A stretch of DNA of 64,000 nucleotides from Octopus sinensis (GCF_006345805.1 NC_043001.1:129084001-129148000); one strand, 5' to 3'; shown: positions 1 through 13,440, numbered from the stretch's first letter. Numbers and translations are program-made. Notes: generated by a model not told the origin, from the letters alone.

Positions 1-399
1 AACCAGTTATAAAGATATTGGAATATAGATAACTAGGCATGGCTGTAAGCTTGAGAAGTTTGCTTCTCACTTAGTATATTGTTCCAATGCATGGCACTTT
101 GGGTGAGTGTCTTCTAGTATAATGCTTAGCTGACCAAAGTCTTGTGAATGGATTTGATAGTTGAAAACTGAAAGATTACATTTATGAATTTGTGTTGCAA
201 GAGAATGGACTAAGTGGAGCAGGAGGATACACATGGATGGAAAGCGTTGCTGAAGAGGTCACAGATGGGTGACAAAAGATTACCATCAATGGACATAAGA
301 TAAAATAAGAACAGTAATAAATGAGTGAAGAATGAATATATAATATGTGTGTTTATTTGGGGGAGGAGGTGGAAAACGACCATCCTGAAATATAATAAT

Positions 400-958
400 A
401 TGAAAGAAGATTGTTATATTTATATAGGCAAGGTATGTATGTGAACAAATGTGTCCATGAGTTTGCATAGATCAGTGTTCAGTTGCACAAAAGTTACAAG
501 AGTTGGCATCGTTATCAGTTCTCATGGCAAGGCACTGGCCATTCATTTCTTCCCTTCAATGCCATATAGAATAAGAGGTCCTTATTTGAAAAATTGGTAT
601 GAATTAGTGTCAGTAAGGGCATCTGGTTGTAAAACCATGTTTCAGATAACATACTCATACAAACCATGCAAGCGTGGAAAATCTGATGTAAGCAAGCAAG
701 TGAACGAAGAATGTTGGGACAGAAGACAGAAATAATCCATTTCATAAAAAGTATCTTAGGAATGGTTAAAAATGATGAAGACAATTATAAAATTGAAAGA
801 CTTACAAGTATTTGCAATACACTAGGAACTCTACAAATAGTAGGTAGACTACTTTCGCTACAAGAGAAAATACAAAGCTAAAAGAAAATTCTACACATAT
901 CCAAGGTGCACTTTAGAGGGCAGTGAAAACATGCAATAAAAACAAAACCACTGAATAA
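400..958 (+). mobile_element. Highly decayed R4/Dong-like LINE 3' end
   Basis: Frame fragment KTEIIHFIKSILGMVK...LGTLQIVGRLLS resembles the R4 C-terminus; the 3' UTR (cacatatccaagg...gcagtgaaa...ataaaaa) resembles that of the 1017-1403 copy; ends in TAA/CAA repeats. Confidence 0.45.
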
Positions 959-1016
959 TAATAATAACAACAGCAACAACAGCAGCAGCAGCTACAAAAA
1001 CAACAACAATAACAAT

Positions 1017-1403
1017 AGATGCTTTCTAATTGATGTATCAGTACCAACAAATGACAACGTTTCTCTTATAGAAACTGAGAAACGTTCAAAATACAAAGAT
1101 CTGGAAATAGAGGTAACTTGAATGTGGAGCCTAAAACCAGAAACGATTCCTATCATAGTAGGCACATTAGGTATGATATAAAAAAAACATTCAGAGAAAT
1201 ACATAACAAAAGCACCAGGAATTACTAGTATATATAACATACAGAAAATAGCACTACTAGACACTGCACACATCCTACGTAAAACACTTTTACTACAGTG
1301 AAAATAAGAACACCACAATAAACCACAGCACATACCCAAGGCACACAGAGCTATGTTCGGTAGTGCAGTGAAAGCACATGATAAAAATAAAAATATGACT
1401 ACT
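1017..1403 (+). mobile_element. R4/Dong-clade LINE 3' fragment (restriction-like endonuclease C-terminus plus 3' UTR)
   Basis: Translates RCFLIDVSVPTNDNVSLIETEKRSKYKDLEIEVT*MWSLKPETIPIIVGTLGMI...IQKIALLDTAHILRKTL; followed by (TAA)n. Confidence 0.85.
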
Positions 1404-1404
1404 A

Positions 1405-1463
<59 letters not shown>

Positions 1464-1486
1464 TAATAATAATAATAATAATGATG

Positions 1487-1544
<58 letters not shown>

Positions 1545-1545
1545 T
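1404..1545. repeat. (TAA)n microsatellite
   Basis: Direct inspection. Confidence 0.95.
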
Positions 1546-1605
1546 AAATCCTACCAGGAATGAGACCAAACCTGAGTCAAACCAAAATTTTATTAATAAT
1601 AATAA

Positions 1606-1818
1606 TCCTTTCTACTGTACATACAAGGCCTGAAATCTGAGGGAGGCATTTAGTGATTATATCAACCCCACTACTTGATTGATACTTATTTTATCAACCC
1701 TGAAAGGATGAAAAGCAAAGTCAAGATTGGTGAAATTTGAACTCAGAATGGAAAGACCAGAGGAAATGCTGCTAAGCATTTTGTCCAACATTTTAACAAT
1801 TCTGCCAGCTTTGCTGCC
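1606..1818 (-). mobile_element. SINE family A (OK-like), degenerate
   Basis: Shares tacttattttatcaaccctgaaaggatgaaa...atttgaactcagaa with the other family A copies. Confidence 0.8.
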
Positions 1819-2435
1819 TAAATAGTAATAACAACAACAAAAACAACAATAATAATAATGCTAAGTTTTTAAAATTTTTACATCAAGCAAAAATTCATCA
1901 AATCAAAACAAAAAAATCAAATTTAACAAAATTTCATCTTTAAAGAAGCAGGTATTTCGCATCTCCCCAGAAAGTCTGGAATTAAAATCCATAGTTCTTT
2001 TTGTTTTTCCTTGTTTTTCTTTTTGCCATATAAAATCTGTTTGATTTCAATTGTTATTCGAGGAAAACTTTTAAGACAAATTATACAAAATACCAAACTA
2101 CCTCCCACCTTATTGGTCAAAATAGAAAAAAATAAGAAAAAATTAAATACAAATAAAAATAATAAATTCCTTTAAAATTCCCCTACTTCACACTCTTAGC
2201 AGGAGTATCCACCTTTATTTATATTAATTTCACTTAACTTTAGTTTTTTTCTTTCCCTAAAGTACATTAAAAAAAAACAATACTTTTTTTATATATTTTA
2301 ATATACTTTTTTTAATTATATTTTTTTCTTTGTTCTATTACTGCCATTCATACAACATATTTCATTTTTCGTTATTTTTGACATCATTTGTTTCAACTTT
2401 CACCACCAGCCCACCAAACCGAACAACAACAACAC

Positions 2436-2481
<46 letters not shown>

Positions 2482-3009
2482 TTTTGCTATTATTTTTGTT
2501 TTCCTGCTACAAGTCATATTAATGATAATTATCAAGTATAAAAAGAAATTCGTATTTTTTTTCCTCAATCCATTTCAAGATTATTTTTACTTTAAAAAAA
2601 AAAGTATATGTGCGTGTATGTCTACCTATGTGTATGTGCGTGTATGTATCACCATCATCATCATCATCATCACTGTGCATTCGTGTGTCTATGCGCACGC
2701 ACACTTGAGTGTGCGTGCATTGTCTTTTAAATACTTTCTTTATGTTTGATGGTTATTTCTCCTGAGAAAGGACAAATGCATGCTTATTCTTGCTAATGAA
2801 ATGGACACCATTAATTATCAGTCATTGCACTGCTAATTACAGACCAGTATGAGGAGGGTGGACGGTTATGTTTTATGGTGGTAACAGCGAATAGGTGGGA
2901 GGGTGGAGGAAGTTAGGTACCAGTGGTGGGGGAAGAGTGGGCTGGAGCGAAGAAGAATATTGTTGTTGTTCAGCTCATGTGTGTGTACGTGTGTGCTTGT
3001 GTAACTTTC

Positions 3010-3046
<37 letters not shown>

Positions 3047-3099
3047 TTATATCGTTATCTTTTGTTTGTTTCACTTTGGGAGGTATTGTTTTGTTTGCA

Positions 3100-3145
<46 letters not shown>

Positions 3146-3542
3146 GTCTGTTTGTAAGGACAATGCCGGGGGTTTGATGTAGCTTGCCAACTGATTCCTT
3201 CCCTGACATGGTGGTACTTGACAGGACTGCCAAGTCAAGAAACACACACTTATAAAAAAAAATAAACAAAAAGAAAAAAAAAAACTATGAACGTCCAAAA
3301 ACAAATTTTTTTCAACAGATGCTTTCAATTTTAGTTAATTATTAATAATATATTTACAGAAAGAAGACTACGATAATGAATAACCATTGCGACAATGATG
3401 ATGATAATAATAATAAAAATAATAATAGTAAAATAATAATAATAGTAAAAATGATGATAGCAATTCTAATGTACACACACACACACACATGCATATAGAT
3501 ACAGAATATATACATATACTTATTATATATACATATACTTAC

Positions 3543-3740
3543 TTTCAAATTTTGGCACAAGGCCAGAGAGTTTTGGGGAGGGTTATAGTTGACTACATTG
3601 ATCCCAGTGCTCAAATGGTACTTATTTTATCAACCCTGAAAGGATGAAAGGCAAAGTCGACCTCAGCGACATTTGAACCCAGAATGTAAAGAGGGATGAA
3701 ATGCCACTAAGTATTTTCCCCAGTGTGCTAATAATTCAGT
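3543..3740 (-). mobile_element. SINE family A, degenerate
   Basis: Core ggtacttattttatcaaccctgaaaggatgaaaggcaaagtcgacctc. Confidence 0.8.
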
Positions 3741-3820
3741 TGCATACTAAGGTTGATCTAATTGATTGGCCCCCTCCCTAAAAAATGTTGGGCCTTGTGC
3801 AAAGAGTAGAAAAGGATCTA

Positions 3821-3875
<55 letters not shown>

Positions 3876-4687
3876 ATATATATATATTTATTAATGAAAG
3901 GGAAATTCTGACTGTCCATCTGGCACCCCTGTATCTCAGTCTACATTTACTCTACATAGACATATTATATCTTTTTGGAATCAGGATGATTCTGGGATTG
4001 AAAATCTTACCTTCATTTGGTTCTTGGAATCCAACTTTGGGATGTTATTTAAAAGCATTTAAGTTGCTATTTCTAGCAGGTAAAGTGACTGTGGGAGGTC
4101 TCAATGCCATAGTAGCTCCCTTAGCTTAAAGTTTTACTTAGGAATTTAGTGATTCTTTTAGCTTTTTCATTCATCAGACCGCAACCACGCTGGGGCACCA
4201 CCTTGACAAATTTTAATTGAACAAATCAACACCAGTTCTTTCTTTTTTATTCCTGGTATATATATAAATTAGGGTTAGGGTTACCTATCACTCACAGGTG
4301 AGTATGAACTGATTACATAAGCCTGATTACATAAGTCCCTTTGCTTTAGAACCTTGTGTAATCAGAAGCAGATATAGACACCCTCTGAGCCCTGGCCCAG
4401 CAGAACATGAAGGTTGTGAGAGGCAGAGAAACCTCTATCAGCTGTCAGTTGGCTCCCATTTTCAGCTGAGTAGACTGGCAACATGAAATGTTATGCTTTG
4501 CTCAGGGGTATAGCACAATATCTGGCCCAGGATTTGAACTTATGACTTTATGATTGTAAGCCCAATGCTGCAACCACTATTAGACAGCATGCCTTAACAT
4601 ATAAATATAAGCCTTCATAAAAAGAAAAAAGAAATGATACCAAAGATATTGTGAAATAAGACTGTTTAGTAAGTTTGATAAGGAGGA

Positions 4688-4752
4688 AGGGGCTTTGACA
4701 AAGGGCTTTGGAAAAGGGCTTTGGCAATGGGGTTTGGCAAAGGGCTTTGCCT
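4688..4752. repeat. 13-bp minisatellite x5 (aagggctttggca)
   Basis: Five consecutive 13-bp units visible. Confidence 0.85.
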
Positions 4753-5236
4753 ATGACATGTGCAGGCCCTCCAAGATCACTAATGTGGTTGAAGCTCTAC
4801 TTAAATCAGTTATAAGTCAACAATTGCAAGAAAACATGTATAGGGAGGGATTTCTATACAAATGATGTTCTGGGGATGTAAGAATGGAGATAAAATCAGT
4901 GGTGAGTGCAGGCTTGAAGAAGTGCATATAGTGTAAATGATAGGAGGAGAAAAAAACAAAAAAACAAAAAAGCAAAACAAAACAAAATCAAAACACATTT
5001 AACTCAGGAGTGTCTAAGCAGAGGTGGTATGACACCAGCTAGTCTTGGAAAACAGAGGCTACTGTGATAGTGATAGAAAAGCAGAGAGGGATGACGGCAT
5101 GTGTGTGAGTGGACCAGAGGTTAGAGCAACTTTGAGCCAATAAGCTGTGAGACCTGCCTCTGAATGATGTTAGGGTGTGTGTGTCTGTGTGTGTATGTGT
5201 GTGTGTGTGTGTGTCTGTCTGTGTGTGTGTCTGTGT

Positions 5237-5277
<41 letters not shown>

Positions 5278-5390
5278 TAAATGTATATAAAAAAATTCGA
5301 AGACATTACACAATCAGAAAGGCATACACTCACACACACACATCTAAATGCATGTTTGAGTATGAGCATGTGTGTATATATCTATGTATA

Positions 5391-5606
5391 TGTGTGTGTA
5401 CATGTGTGTATATATAATGATATATGTGCAGGTATGTATATATGTGTGTTTGTGCATGCATATATATATATATATATATGTTTGCGTGCATGCATACACA
5501 CATGTACATGTGTGTGTACATGTGTGTATACATAATGATATATGTGCAGGTATGTATATATGTGTGTTTGTGCATACATATATATATATATATGTTTGCG
5601 TGCATG

Positions 5607-5640
<34 letters not shown>
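5391..5640. repeat. ~118-bp tandem duplication within a (TG)/(TA) array
   Basis: taatgatatatgtgcaggtatg recurs at ~5415 and ~5533. Confidence 0.8.
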
Positions 5641-5641
<1 letters not shown>

Positions 5642-6009
5642 TCAGATTTACAAACACCAGTCTAATACAAAGAGCGATGAAACAAGGGTAAATAACTGTT
5701 CTTGTTCTGTTTCTCTGTTGTTACAGTGGTATTACTGAATTCTAGGACAATGAGACAAAGATTAATTAGTGGATCTTTTCAGCTAGTGACCAATTAACAA
5801 TACATGCTATTAGTCTCTTTAGATTAACATAAAAACACACACACACACATGAAAAAACAAGCAAAAAAATAACAAACAAACAAAAAATGCAGTGGATGTA
5901 ATAGTTTCCAAGTAACATTTTCAGAACATTGTAAGTTGCTACTAAACATTAACGAAAAAAAAATGATAAAATTTAAAACTATTTTCATGACTCAAGAACA
6001 CAATGGCTA

Positions 6010-6031
6010 TCATAATAATGATAATATAATG

Positions 6032-6066
<35 letters not shown>

Positions 6067-6115
6067 GATAATAATAATGATAATGATAATAATAATAATG
6101 ATAATAATAATAATG

Positions 6116-6164
<49 letters not shown>

Positions 6165-6208
6165 TGATGATAATGATGATGATGATGATGATGATGATGA
6201 CAATGATG
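6010..6208. repeat. (ATA)/(ATG) trinucleotide array
   Basis: Direct inspection. Confidence 0.95.
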
Positions 6209-6445
6209 ATTTCTTTTATTTGCCAGCAGGGTGGTGGATGATAGGGATGGCACAAAGACAGGCATAATGATCAAGAAAAACGAAAAAATGAAATATAAGT
6301 ATATATGGTATAGAAGCATTAAAAAATATATATGATGATGATGATAATGGTGATGGTGATGATGATGATGGTGGTGGTGATGCAATCTTCTTGATGGAGA
6401 AGGATCTCAAAGGCTAGTTGAGGAAGCTCACCATCCAAGATCTGT

Positions 6446-6740
6446 GGAGGCACATGGCCTAGTGGTTACAGCAGCAGATTCACGGTCGAGGGATCGCAGG
6501 TTCGAATCTCAGACTGGGCAATGTGTGTGTTTATGAGCGAAACACCTAAGCTCCACGCGGCTCCGGCAGAAGGTAATGGTGAACTTCTGCTGACTCTTTC
6601 ACTACTGACTCTTTCCTCCTTCATCTTGCAGCTCACCTGCGACGGACCGGCGTCCCGTCCAGGTGGGGAACCTATACGCCAAGGAAACCGGGAAATCGGC
6701 CCTTATTAGCCAGGCATGGCTTGAGAAGGAACAAACAACA
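6446..6740 (+). mobile_element. SINE family C (tRNA-derived head), full length, 8-bp TSD caagatct
   Basis: A-box tggcctagtggtt, B-box ggttcgaatc; caagatct at 6436-6443 and 6739-6746; similar copies at 20127, 42851 and 49147. Confidence 0.9.
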
Positions 6741-6907
6741 AGATCTCCCTGGACATCAGCAGCAAGTGCCCTCTCCAATTTTTGTTCTCTGACTTACAGG
6801 TTTATACTTTTGAGTGGTTCCATCCACTTGTGCCATCTTTTTTTCACTTTCATCCACCTTTCAAGAAATTCATATGAGAAGAGCACCTTCCACTATACTC
6901 TCACTTT

Positions 6908-7110
6908 CTTTTTATTTATTAGCCACAAGGGCTTGAAGAGATACAGACAATAACAAAGAAATATTAGACAAGGGACTTGCAAAAACGCGTGTGGTAGGAA
7001 AGGAAAAATTCTTTAAAGACATACAATACCTAATGACACAAATAAATAAAAAAATTAAATATTTACAAGAAATTAAAAACAAGAAATGCAATATAACACA
7101 ATAATTATAA
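6908..7110 (-). mobile_element. Possible L1/Tx1-like 3' UTR fragment
   Basis: Minus strand is T-rich and ends cccttgtggctaataaa, like 14620-14945; the clade is a guess. Confidence 0.3.
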
Positions 7111-7127
7111 CAAAATATATACACTTT

Positions 7128-7562
7128 CACTCTTTTACTTGTTTCAGTCATTTGACTATGGCCATGCTGGAGCACTGCCTTTAGTTGAGGAAATCGACCC
7201 CAAGACTTATTCTTTGTAAGCCTAGTACTTATTCTATTGATCTCTTTTGCTGAACCGCTAAGTTATGGGGACGTAAACACACCAGCCATTGGCTGTCAAG
7301 TGATGGTGGTGGGACAAGCACAGACACACAAACATACATGCACACACACACATATATATATATACATATATACGACGGACTAATTTCAGCTTCCGTCTAC
7401 CTAATCCACTCACAAGGCTTTGGTCGGCCTGAGGTTATAGTAGAAGACACTTGCCCGAGGTGCCATGCAGTGGGACTGAACCCGGAACCATGTGGTTGGT
7501 TAGCAAGCTACTTACCACACAACCACTTCTACGCCTATCCACACAGCCACTCCTACACCTAA
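7128..7562 (-). mobile_element. SINE family B (tRNA head, internal (TA)/(TG) tract, (aaagagt)n tail)
   Basis: Colinear with the 21005-21414 copy. Confidence 0.9.
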
Positions 7563-8536
7563 TATATCTAAAATTTAAACTTCCACTTGTAGCACATTCA
7601 TGATTGACCAATTACTGTACTTCCTTTCTCTATTGTCAACTGTTGGAGATTCCAGAACCTTCCTTGAAGAGTTCTTGTGTTGTAGTAGGCAAGTAAGAGC
7701 CTATGTCCTCTAGATTATTGGCATAAAACACTTTGTGATGTATATCCAAGATCTGAGTTAGTATTTGATTTTTTCCCTGCTGTTTAAAAACTTATCCTGT
7801 TTCTATCCTCAAAATAGTGCAGCTAGAAGCTTTTTACTAAATACGCAACTTTGAATTTTGAAACAGCAGCATGTAATTTGAGGGGGTTCTGGCTACTGTT
7901 TCTTGTACCCTTGTTGGCATGTGATTACGGGGGTGGTGGTAATGTTGATGATGATGATGCTAAACTCATTTAGTTCTTCCCTTACAATTAAAAGCACTTG
8001 ACATTTTGAAAGACAGAAATAAAATTGCTGCCTCGGAAAATTAACATTGTTAATGTAATTAATTTGCAATGATGACAATGAGGATGATAGTGATGTTGAT
8101 GACAGGGATGATGATAATGAAGATGAATAATGATGACGATGATGCGACTAATGATCATGATGTGACTGATGATGATGAAGAAAATGATGATGAAGAAAAT
8201 GATGATGATGGCGATGATGATGATAGTGATGGTAATGATGGTGATGATGATGATGATGATGATGAGGATGATAGTGGCAGTTATTGTCATCATTAGCAGA
8301 ACTGTAATTGCCATTACCATTTGTATGTCTCTTGGTGTAGTGATAGATTTCTTCTTGCCAAACAGAGCTGGCAACAGAGGTTCAATTTCAAGCAGAACTA
8401 CTTTCCTTTAATAAATCTATTCACACTACTACAACTACCCAGTTCTACCCCTAAAACCCTGATATTTTATGTCAATGTATATAATCACTATCATTATTAA
8501 GCATCACATTTATTATTGTTATTACTATTTCTTAAG

Positions 8537-8740
8537 GTGATGAGCTGGCTGAATCATTAGCACGCATAACAGCATTCTAACTGTCTTAATGTTCCAAGTT
8601 CAAATTCCACTGAGGTTAACTTTACTTTTCATCCTTTTGGAGTTGATGATATAAATATAAGTACCAGTTGAGCACTGGGGTAGATATAATCGACTAGCAC
8701 CCTCTCTGATAATTTTAGGCCTTGTGCCTATAGTAGATTA
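8537..8740 (+). mobile_element. SINE family A, degenerate
   Basis: Head ggtgatgagctggctgaatcattagcacg, gttcaaattcc B-box, aagtaccagttgagcactgggg core. Confidence 0.8.
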
Positions 8741-9314
8741 TTATAGTTTATCTACTATCACTATTGCTCTTTATCCTATCAGGAATAATAAAATGCAGCA
8801 CGGATTTTTGCCAGTGAACAGGTCGCGGATTTTACCGCCGAAAATATTTTGACAAATTAAACTTAAATGTTGAAGTGAATCGAACGGCTTTTGTGTGTTT
8901 CTTAAATGGCTTACAAACACCTTCCACGCTGCAATTGTTTTCGTTTCAGCACACGATCTCAGATCAAATTACTTGCTATGCAAGTACATCTCCGTAAATA
9001 ATAAAATGAAAACCAGTAAAATACAGGAATCAATTTGATCAATCAACCCCCACTCCTGCCCATAAATTTCTGGTCTTATGCCTGTCTAAAGACATTTATT
9101 AAGGGCAGTGGGTAGTCAGAATCTTTACAACATCATATAAAAAGCCTTGTAATATTTAGTTCTAGCTCTTTAAGTTCCTGATCAAGTTTGTTTTTCGTTT
9201 CTCCAGGGTCAATACAATAATGTGCCAGTCATGTATTCAAAGGATTCAAATACTTGTCTAAATCTTTCCCCTAAATTTCTGATCAGTCAGGTGGTGGTGC
9301 TGCTGGTGGTGGTG

Positions 9315-9580
9315 GTGGATTGGCAAAATTGAAAGAATGTTAAAGAAAATGTTTAACAGCATTTCTTCTGGATTTTTACATTATGAGGCAATGACTAGTG
9401 ACCGAGACCTTTGGCAACGTGCTCCGCTTAAGAGGACTCATCTGAGTTCAAATTCCACCGAGGTTGACTTTGCCCTCATCCTTTTTGGGTTGATGAAATA
9501 AGTACCAGTTAGGCGCTGGGGTTGATGTAATTGACTAGTTTCTTCCCCAAAATTTCAGGTTTTGTGCCTGCAGTAGAGAG
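9315..9580 (+). mobile_element. SINE family A interrupted by an RTE ORF2 C-terminal fragment (9387-9445)
   Basis: The insert translates EAMTSDRDLWQRAPLKRT, resembling the RTE C-terminus; flanks match family A. Confidence 0.65.
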
Positions 9581-9639
9581 GATTAATATTATCATTATTA
9601 TTGGAAAGCGGACGTTAAACGATAATGATGATGATGATG

Positions 9640-9682
<43 letters not shown>

Positions 9683-9690
9683 TATTATTA

Positions 9691-9728
<38 letters not shown>

Positions 9729-9767
9729 CATCATTATCATTATTATTATTATTATTATCATCATTAG

Positions 9768-9975
9768 GGTGGTGAACTAGCAGACTGATTAGCATGCCGG
9801 AAAAAATTCTTGGTGGCAGTTCATCTGTCCTTATTGATGGATTTCAAATTCTGCCAAAGTTGACTTTGCCTTTTATCTTCTCACAGTCAATAAAATAAGT
9901 ACAAGCTGAACACTTGGTTCAATATCATAAATTTATCCCTTCCCTGAAATTGCTGGCTTTGAGGCAAAATTTGAA
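9768..9975 (+). mobile_element. SINE family A, degenerate
   Basis: Head gggtggtgaactagcagactgattagcatgccgg and family core. Confidence 0.75.
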
Positions 9976-10320
9976 ATCATCATTATTATTAATATCATTA
10001 TTATTAATAACAACACACATTTCTCTTTCAGTCTTGCAATTATAGCTAGTACTGGGACTGATGCAATCACAATCATTTCTATGTTTCTCTCCCATCATCA
10101 TCATCATTGTCATCATCGGTACCACCACTGCTGACATCCCCACCACCATCACCATGATATTGATAGTGTTGGTGATGATGATGATCATCATCATCGTGAC
10201 TGTAGTCAGCAAATATTACTAGCTGTACTTCACCACAACAAGAATCCATCAACAACACTGAAGCATAATCCTCATCATTCCCCACCCAACCACATCATCA
10301 TCATCATCACCACCACCACC

Positions 10321-10351
<31 letters not shown>

Positions 10352-11061
10352 ATGCTGTAACAATCATTAATTATTATTATGATGATCATCAATTATTGTC
10401 ATCAATGTTACCATTCCTCCATTAGAACTTAGAATGACCATAGTTAGTTTCACTCTTATCATCATAATCAACACCATCGTCATCTTCATAAGCAATATTG
10501 TCATGACTAACACCACCACCACCACCAACACCACCACCACCACCATCATTCATATCATTACCGTCATACCATCCTGTCATTGTTAGTTTCTATAATTATT
10601 CCAATTTATCAACATTTTCCAGAGCCAATAAATAAAAACAAAGAAAAACAAAACAAAAACAACCCCCCTCACTCACACACTCATGCCAAAACAAAAAAAA
10701 AACAAAACAAAAAACTAATAAAGTAAGACAAAGTATTAACGGGGAACGACAACAAACAACAACAACAACAACGATAGCAAAAACAACTGACAATAATGGA
10801 AATTTTTACTGAGTAGTAACAAGATGAGAAAGATAACTGGATATAACTAAGCAGGAATAAGAAAAATACAAGCAAAAAACAGTAATAACAAAGATGACGA
10901 TGATGATGATGATGATTTTGTGTATTTGCTATTGGGGCATTAGGTAAAGTGGGGCATTACAAAGACAGGTTATGCAGAGTGTGGGGTTACATATAAAATT
11001 GGATGCGGTAAAAGGAAACAAAAAGCAAGCACAAATGAAAGGACAAAAAAATATACATAAT

Positions 11062-11410
11062 TGGCATGTAAAAAGCACCATTCGATCGTGGCCGTTGCCA
11101 GCCCCGCTTGGCCCCTGTGCCGGTGGCATGTAAAAAGCACCATCCAATCATGGCCATTGCCAGCCTCGCCTGGCCCCAGTGCCGGTGGCACATAAAAAGC
11201 ACCATCCGACCGTGGCCCTTTGCCAGCCCCGTCTGGCACGTAAAAAGCACCCACTACACTCTCGGGGTGGTTGGCGTTAGGAAGGGCATCCAGCCATAGA
11301 AACATTGCTAGATCAGACTGGGCCTGGTGCAACCTTCTGGCTTCCCAGACCCCAGTTGAACCGTCCAACCCATGCTAGCATGGAAAGCGGACGCTAAATG
11401 ATGATGATGA
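11062..11410 (+). mobile_element. RTE-clade LINE 3' UTR copy (family D) with four ~50-60 bp subrepeats and (ATG)n tail
   Basis: TGGCAYRTAAAAAGCACC x4, ggaagggcatccagc, ends cccatgctagcatggaaagcggacgctaaatgatgatg; this UTR follows an RTE ORF2 end at 56843-57100. Confidence 0.8.
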
Positions 11411-11429
11411 TACAAATACATACACAAAA

Positions 11430-12090
11430 GTCTTTCCAATTTAAATCTTCAAACAAGAGGCAATCAAAGGACCCACATGGACCCAAGAATCCCCCAAACT
11501 TCCAAAGATATGAGCCTTCACTCAGTTATCGTTCTCTGACCTAAAGGCATGCATTTTTGGAGTCATTACATTTACTCTTACTATTTCCATTATAGTTACT
11601 TTACTTTTGCTAAATTCACCAGGGAAGAACACTTTCCTCTTTTCTTTAAATGAGAAATTTTTCAAGAATCACTGAAGAAAAAAGTGTCTGCCTTCGGTCC
11701 TTTCAGCCTCAACCACCAGACAAGCTCTTTCACCAAAGTCACCTGACAGTGAGAAAACTGCCTGTTTAGTCTGATTAAAAGATGGCTGAGAAAATCTCAT
11801 GATTTCCTCAGTTGATAGCTGGATCTCTCCTGCATGGACCAACAGCTGTTTGACATAACATCTAAAGTCAGTAATGTTCAGATATGATGTAATGAGAAGA
11901 ATAATTTTGGCACTCTCTGTTCTTTTCAAATAGTCAAATCTGATGGTCTGTAGAGCTTACCACAAACTAGTAATGCTCCTTGGTAGCACTGCCAGGGTAA
12001 GAATTTCTGGAAGTTATCCATAGATGTCCCCAGCCAAAAAGTCCGCCAGAACAAACAAGTTACTTAGTCCTCATTACCACTCAGATCTTT
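11430..12090. other. Unassigned coding-like island (decayed ORF, probably TE-derived)
   Basis: Non-repetitive; the minus frame containing ORF 11669-11929 stays mostly open for ~200 codons with few stops; family not recognised. Confidence 0.3.
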
Positions 12091-12129
12091 TCTCCCCTAG
12101 AACATTATTTACTCTTTCCTACCAGTAGG

Positions 12130-12185
<56 letters not shown>

Positions 12186-12220
12186 CAATAATAATAATGA
12201 TGATGATGATGATGAGGAGG

Positions 12221-12255
<35 letters not shown>

Positions 12256-12262
12256 AATAATC

Positions 12263-12573
12263 ATGTTCTGATGCAGTACTAGACAGCAGCTCTCTTTGGG
12301 GTTTGAATAATTCACCTCTGGAAAAAGGGGTGTTTTGTTCATCAGCCTTAAAACAATGGAATGGGCTACTCAACTTGAAGAAAATTCTAACTGGACCCCA
12401 CCTGCAAGGCCATGCACTGTTTATCTTGATATGAGATCACCATCTTGCATACATATGGTTGTGATGCATGTGCCTGGTGTACCCTTATCAAACGGGTAGT
12501 CATGATGGGTATATTTGGCTCTGTATATTTGTACCTCAGTGTCACTTTGATGGCATGCACTGCTCTCTCACTC
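12263..12573 (+). mobile_element. Internally deleted copy of the ~555-bp (TAA)n-associated element (family E)
   Basis: Starts ctgatgcagtac and ends gcactgctctctcactc like 36470-37025, but lacks ~250 bp internally. Confidence 0.85.
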
Positions 12574-12595
12574 AATAATAACAATGATGATGATG

Positions 12596-12655
<60 letters not shown>

Positions 12656-12670
12656 TAATAATAATAAATT

Positions 12671-13020
12671 GAAAAAATGTGGCATCTCAAGGCGACTACA
12701 GTACCAGTGATTGTAGGATCTCTAGGAATGATAAAAAAGGTACTGAAACCTATTTGAAAATGATTCCAGGCTTACCATCCCTACAGGAAGTGCAAAAAAA
12801 TCGTATTAACTGGAACGGCTCATGTACTGAGAAGAGCACTATCGCTGTGAAAATAACATCCATCCATGAATTTATTTATTTATTAATTTTTAAATACATA
12901 TTTTATCTATGAATTTGCGTGTGTAATCTGGGAATGCATACAATGCCCTTCTCTGCCCTAGGTGTATGGAAAACACTTGGCGAGAAACGGAAGAAAATTT
13001 GAAGAATGAAGGAAAAAACA
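12671..13020 (+). mobile_element. R4/Dong LINE 3' fragment
   Basis: MWHLKATTVPVIVGSLGMIKKGTETYLKMIPGLPSLQEVQK...GTAHVLRRALSL*; (TAA)n on both sides. Confidence 0.85.
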
Positions 13021-13305
13021 TAATAATAATAATAATAATAAGATTTTAAAAGGATTGGCGTAACTCCTCAAAAAGGTAAATAGACACTATGAAGAGCACG
13101 ACGTGATTGCAGTAGATGCTTTATTGGTTTGAAGAATATTTCGACAGCTTGCCTGTCTCTGTTGGGTTCAAGAGGAAAAGTGATACATAGAAATTCAAAA
13201 TAATAGAAATTCAAATTCAAAAGTTTGAACAAGAAGATCCTGCATTCCACTTTGACAGAATTACATCGTCAGTTTTCAATTTTCAATTTTACAACTGGCC
13301 CTTCG

Positions 13306-13341
<36 letters not shown>

Positions 13342-13373
13342 CATAAATAATAATAATAATAATAATAATAATC

Positions 13374-13440
<67 letters not shown>

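Noticed and set aside
4268-4283. TTAGGG telomeric repeat
   Set aside because: Only two units; expected by chance
8782-9000. CpG-richer segment suspected to be an interspersed repeat or ribozyme-bearing end
   Set aside because: Single copy in the window and no canonical hammerhead core; cannot be supported from this sequence
11062-11260. CRISPR-like appearance: an 18-bp repeat with 30-44 bp intervals
   Set aside because: The intervals are homologous to each other, the unit is part of a dispersed retroposon UTR, the context is eukaryotic and there are no cas genes
13048-13270. Short complex island with a protein-like frame (WFEEYFDSLPVSVGFKRK)
   Set aside because: Multiple stops and no recognisable family; too weak to call
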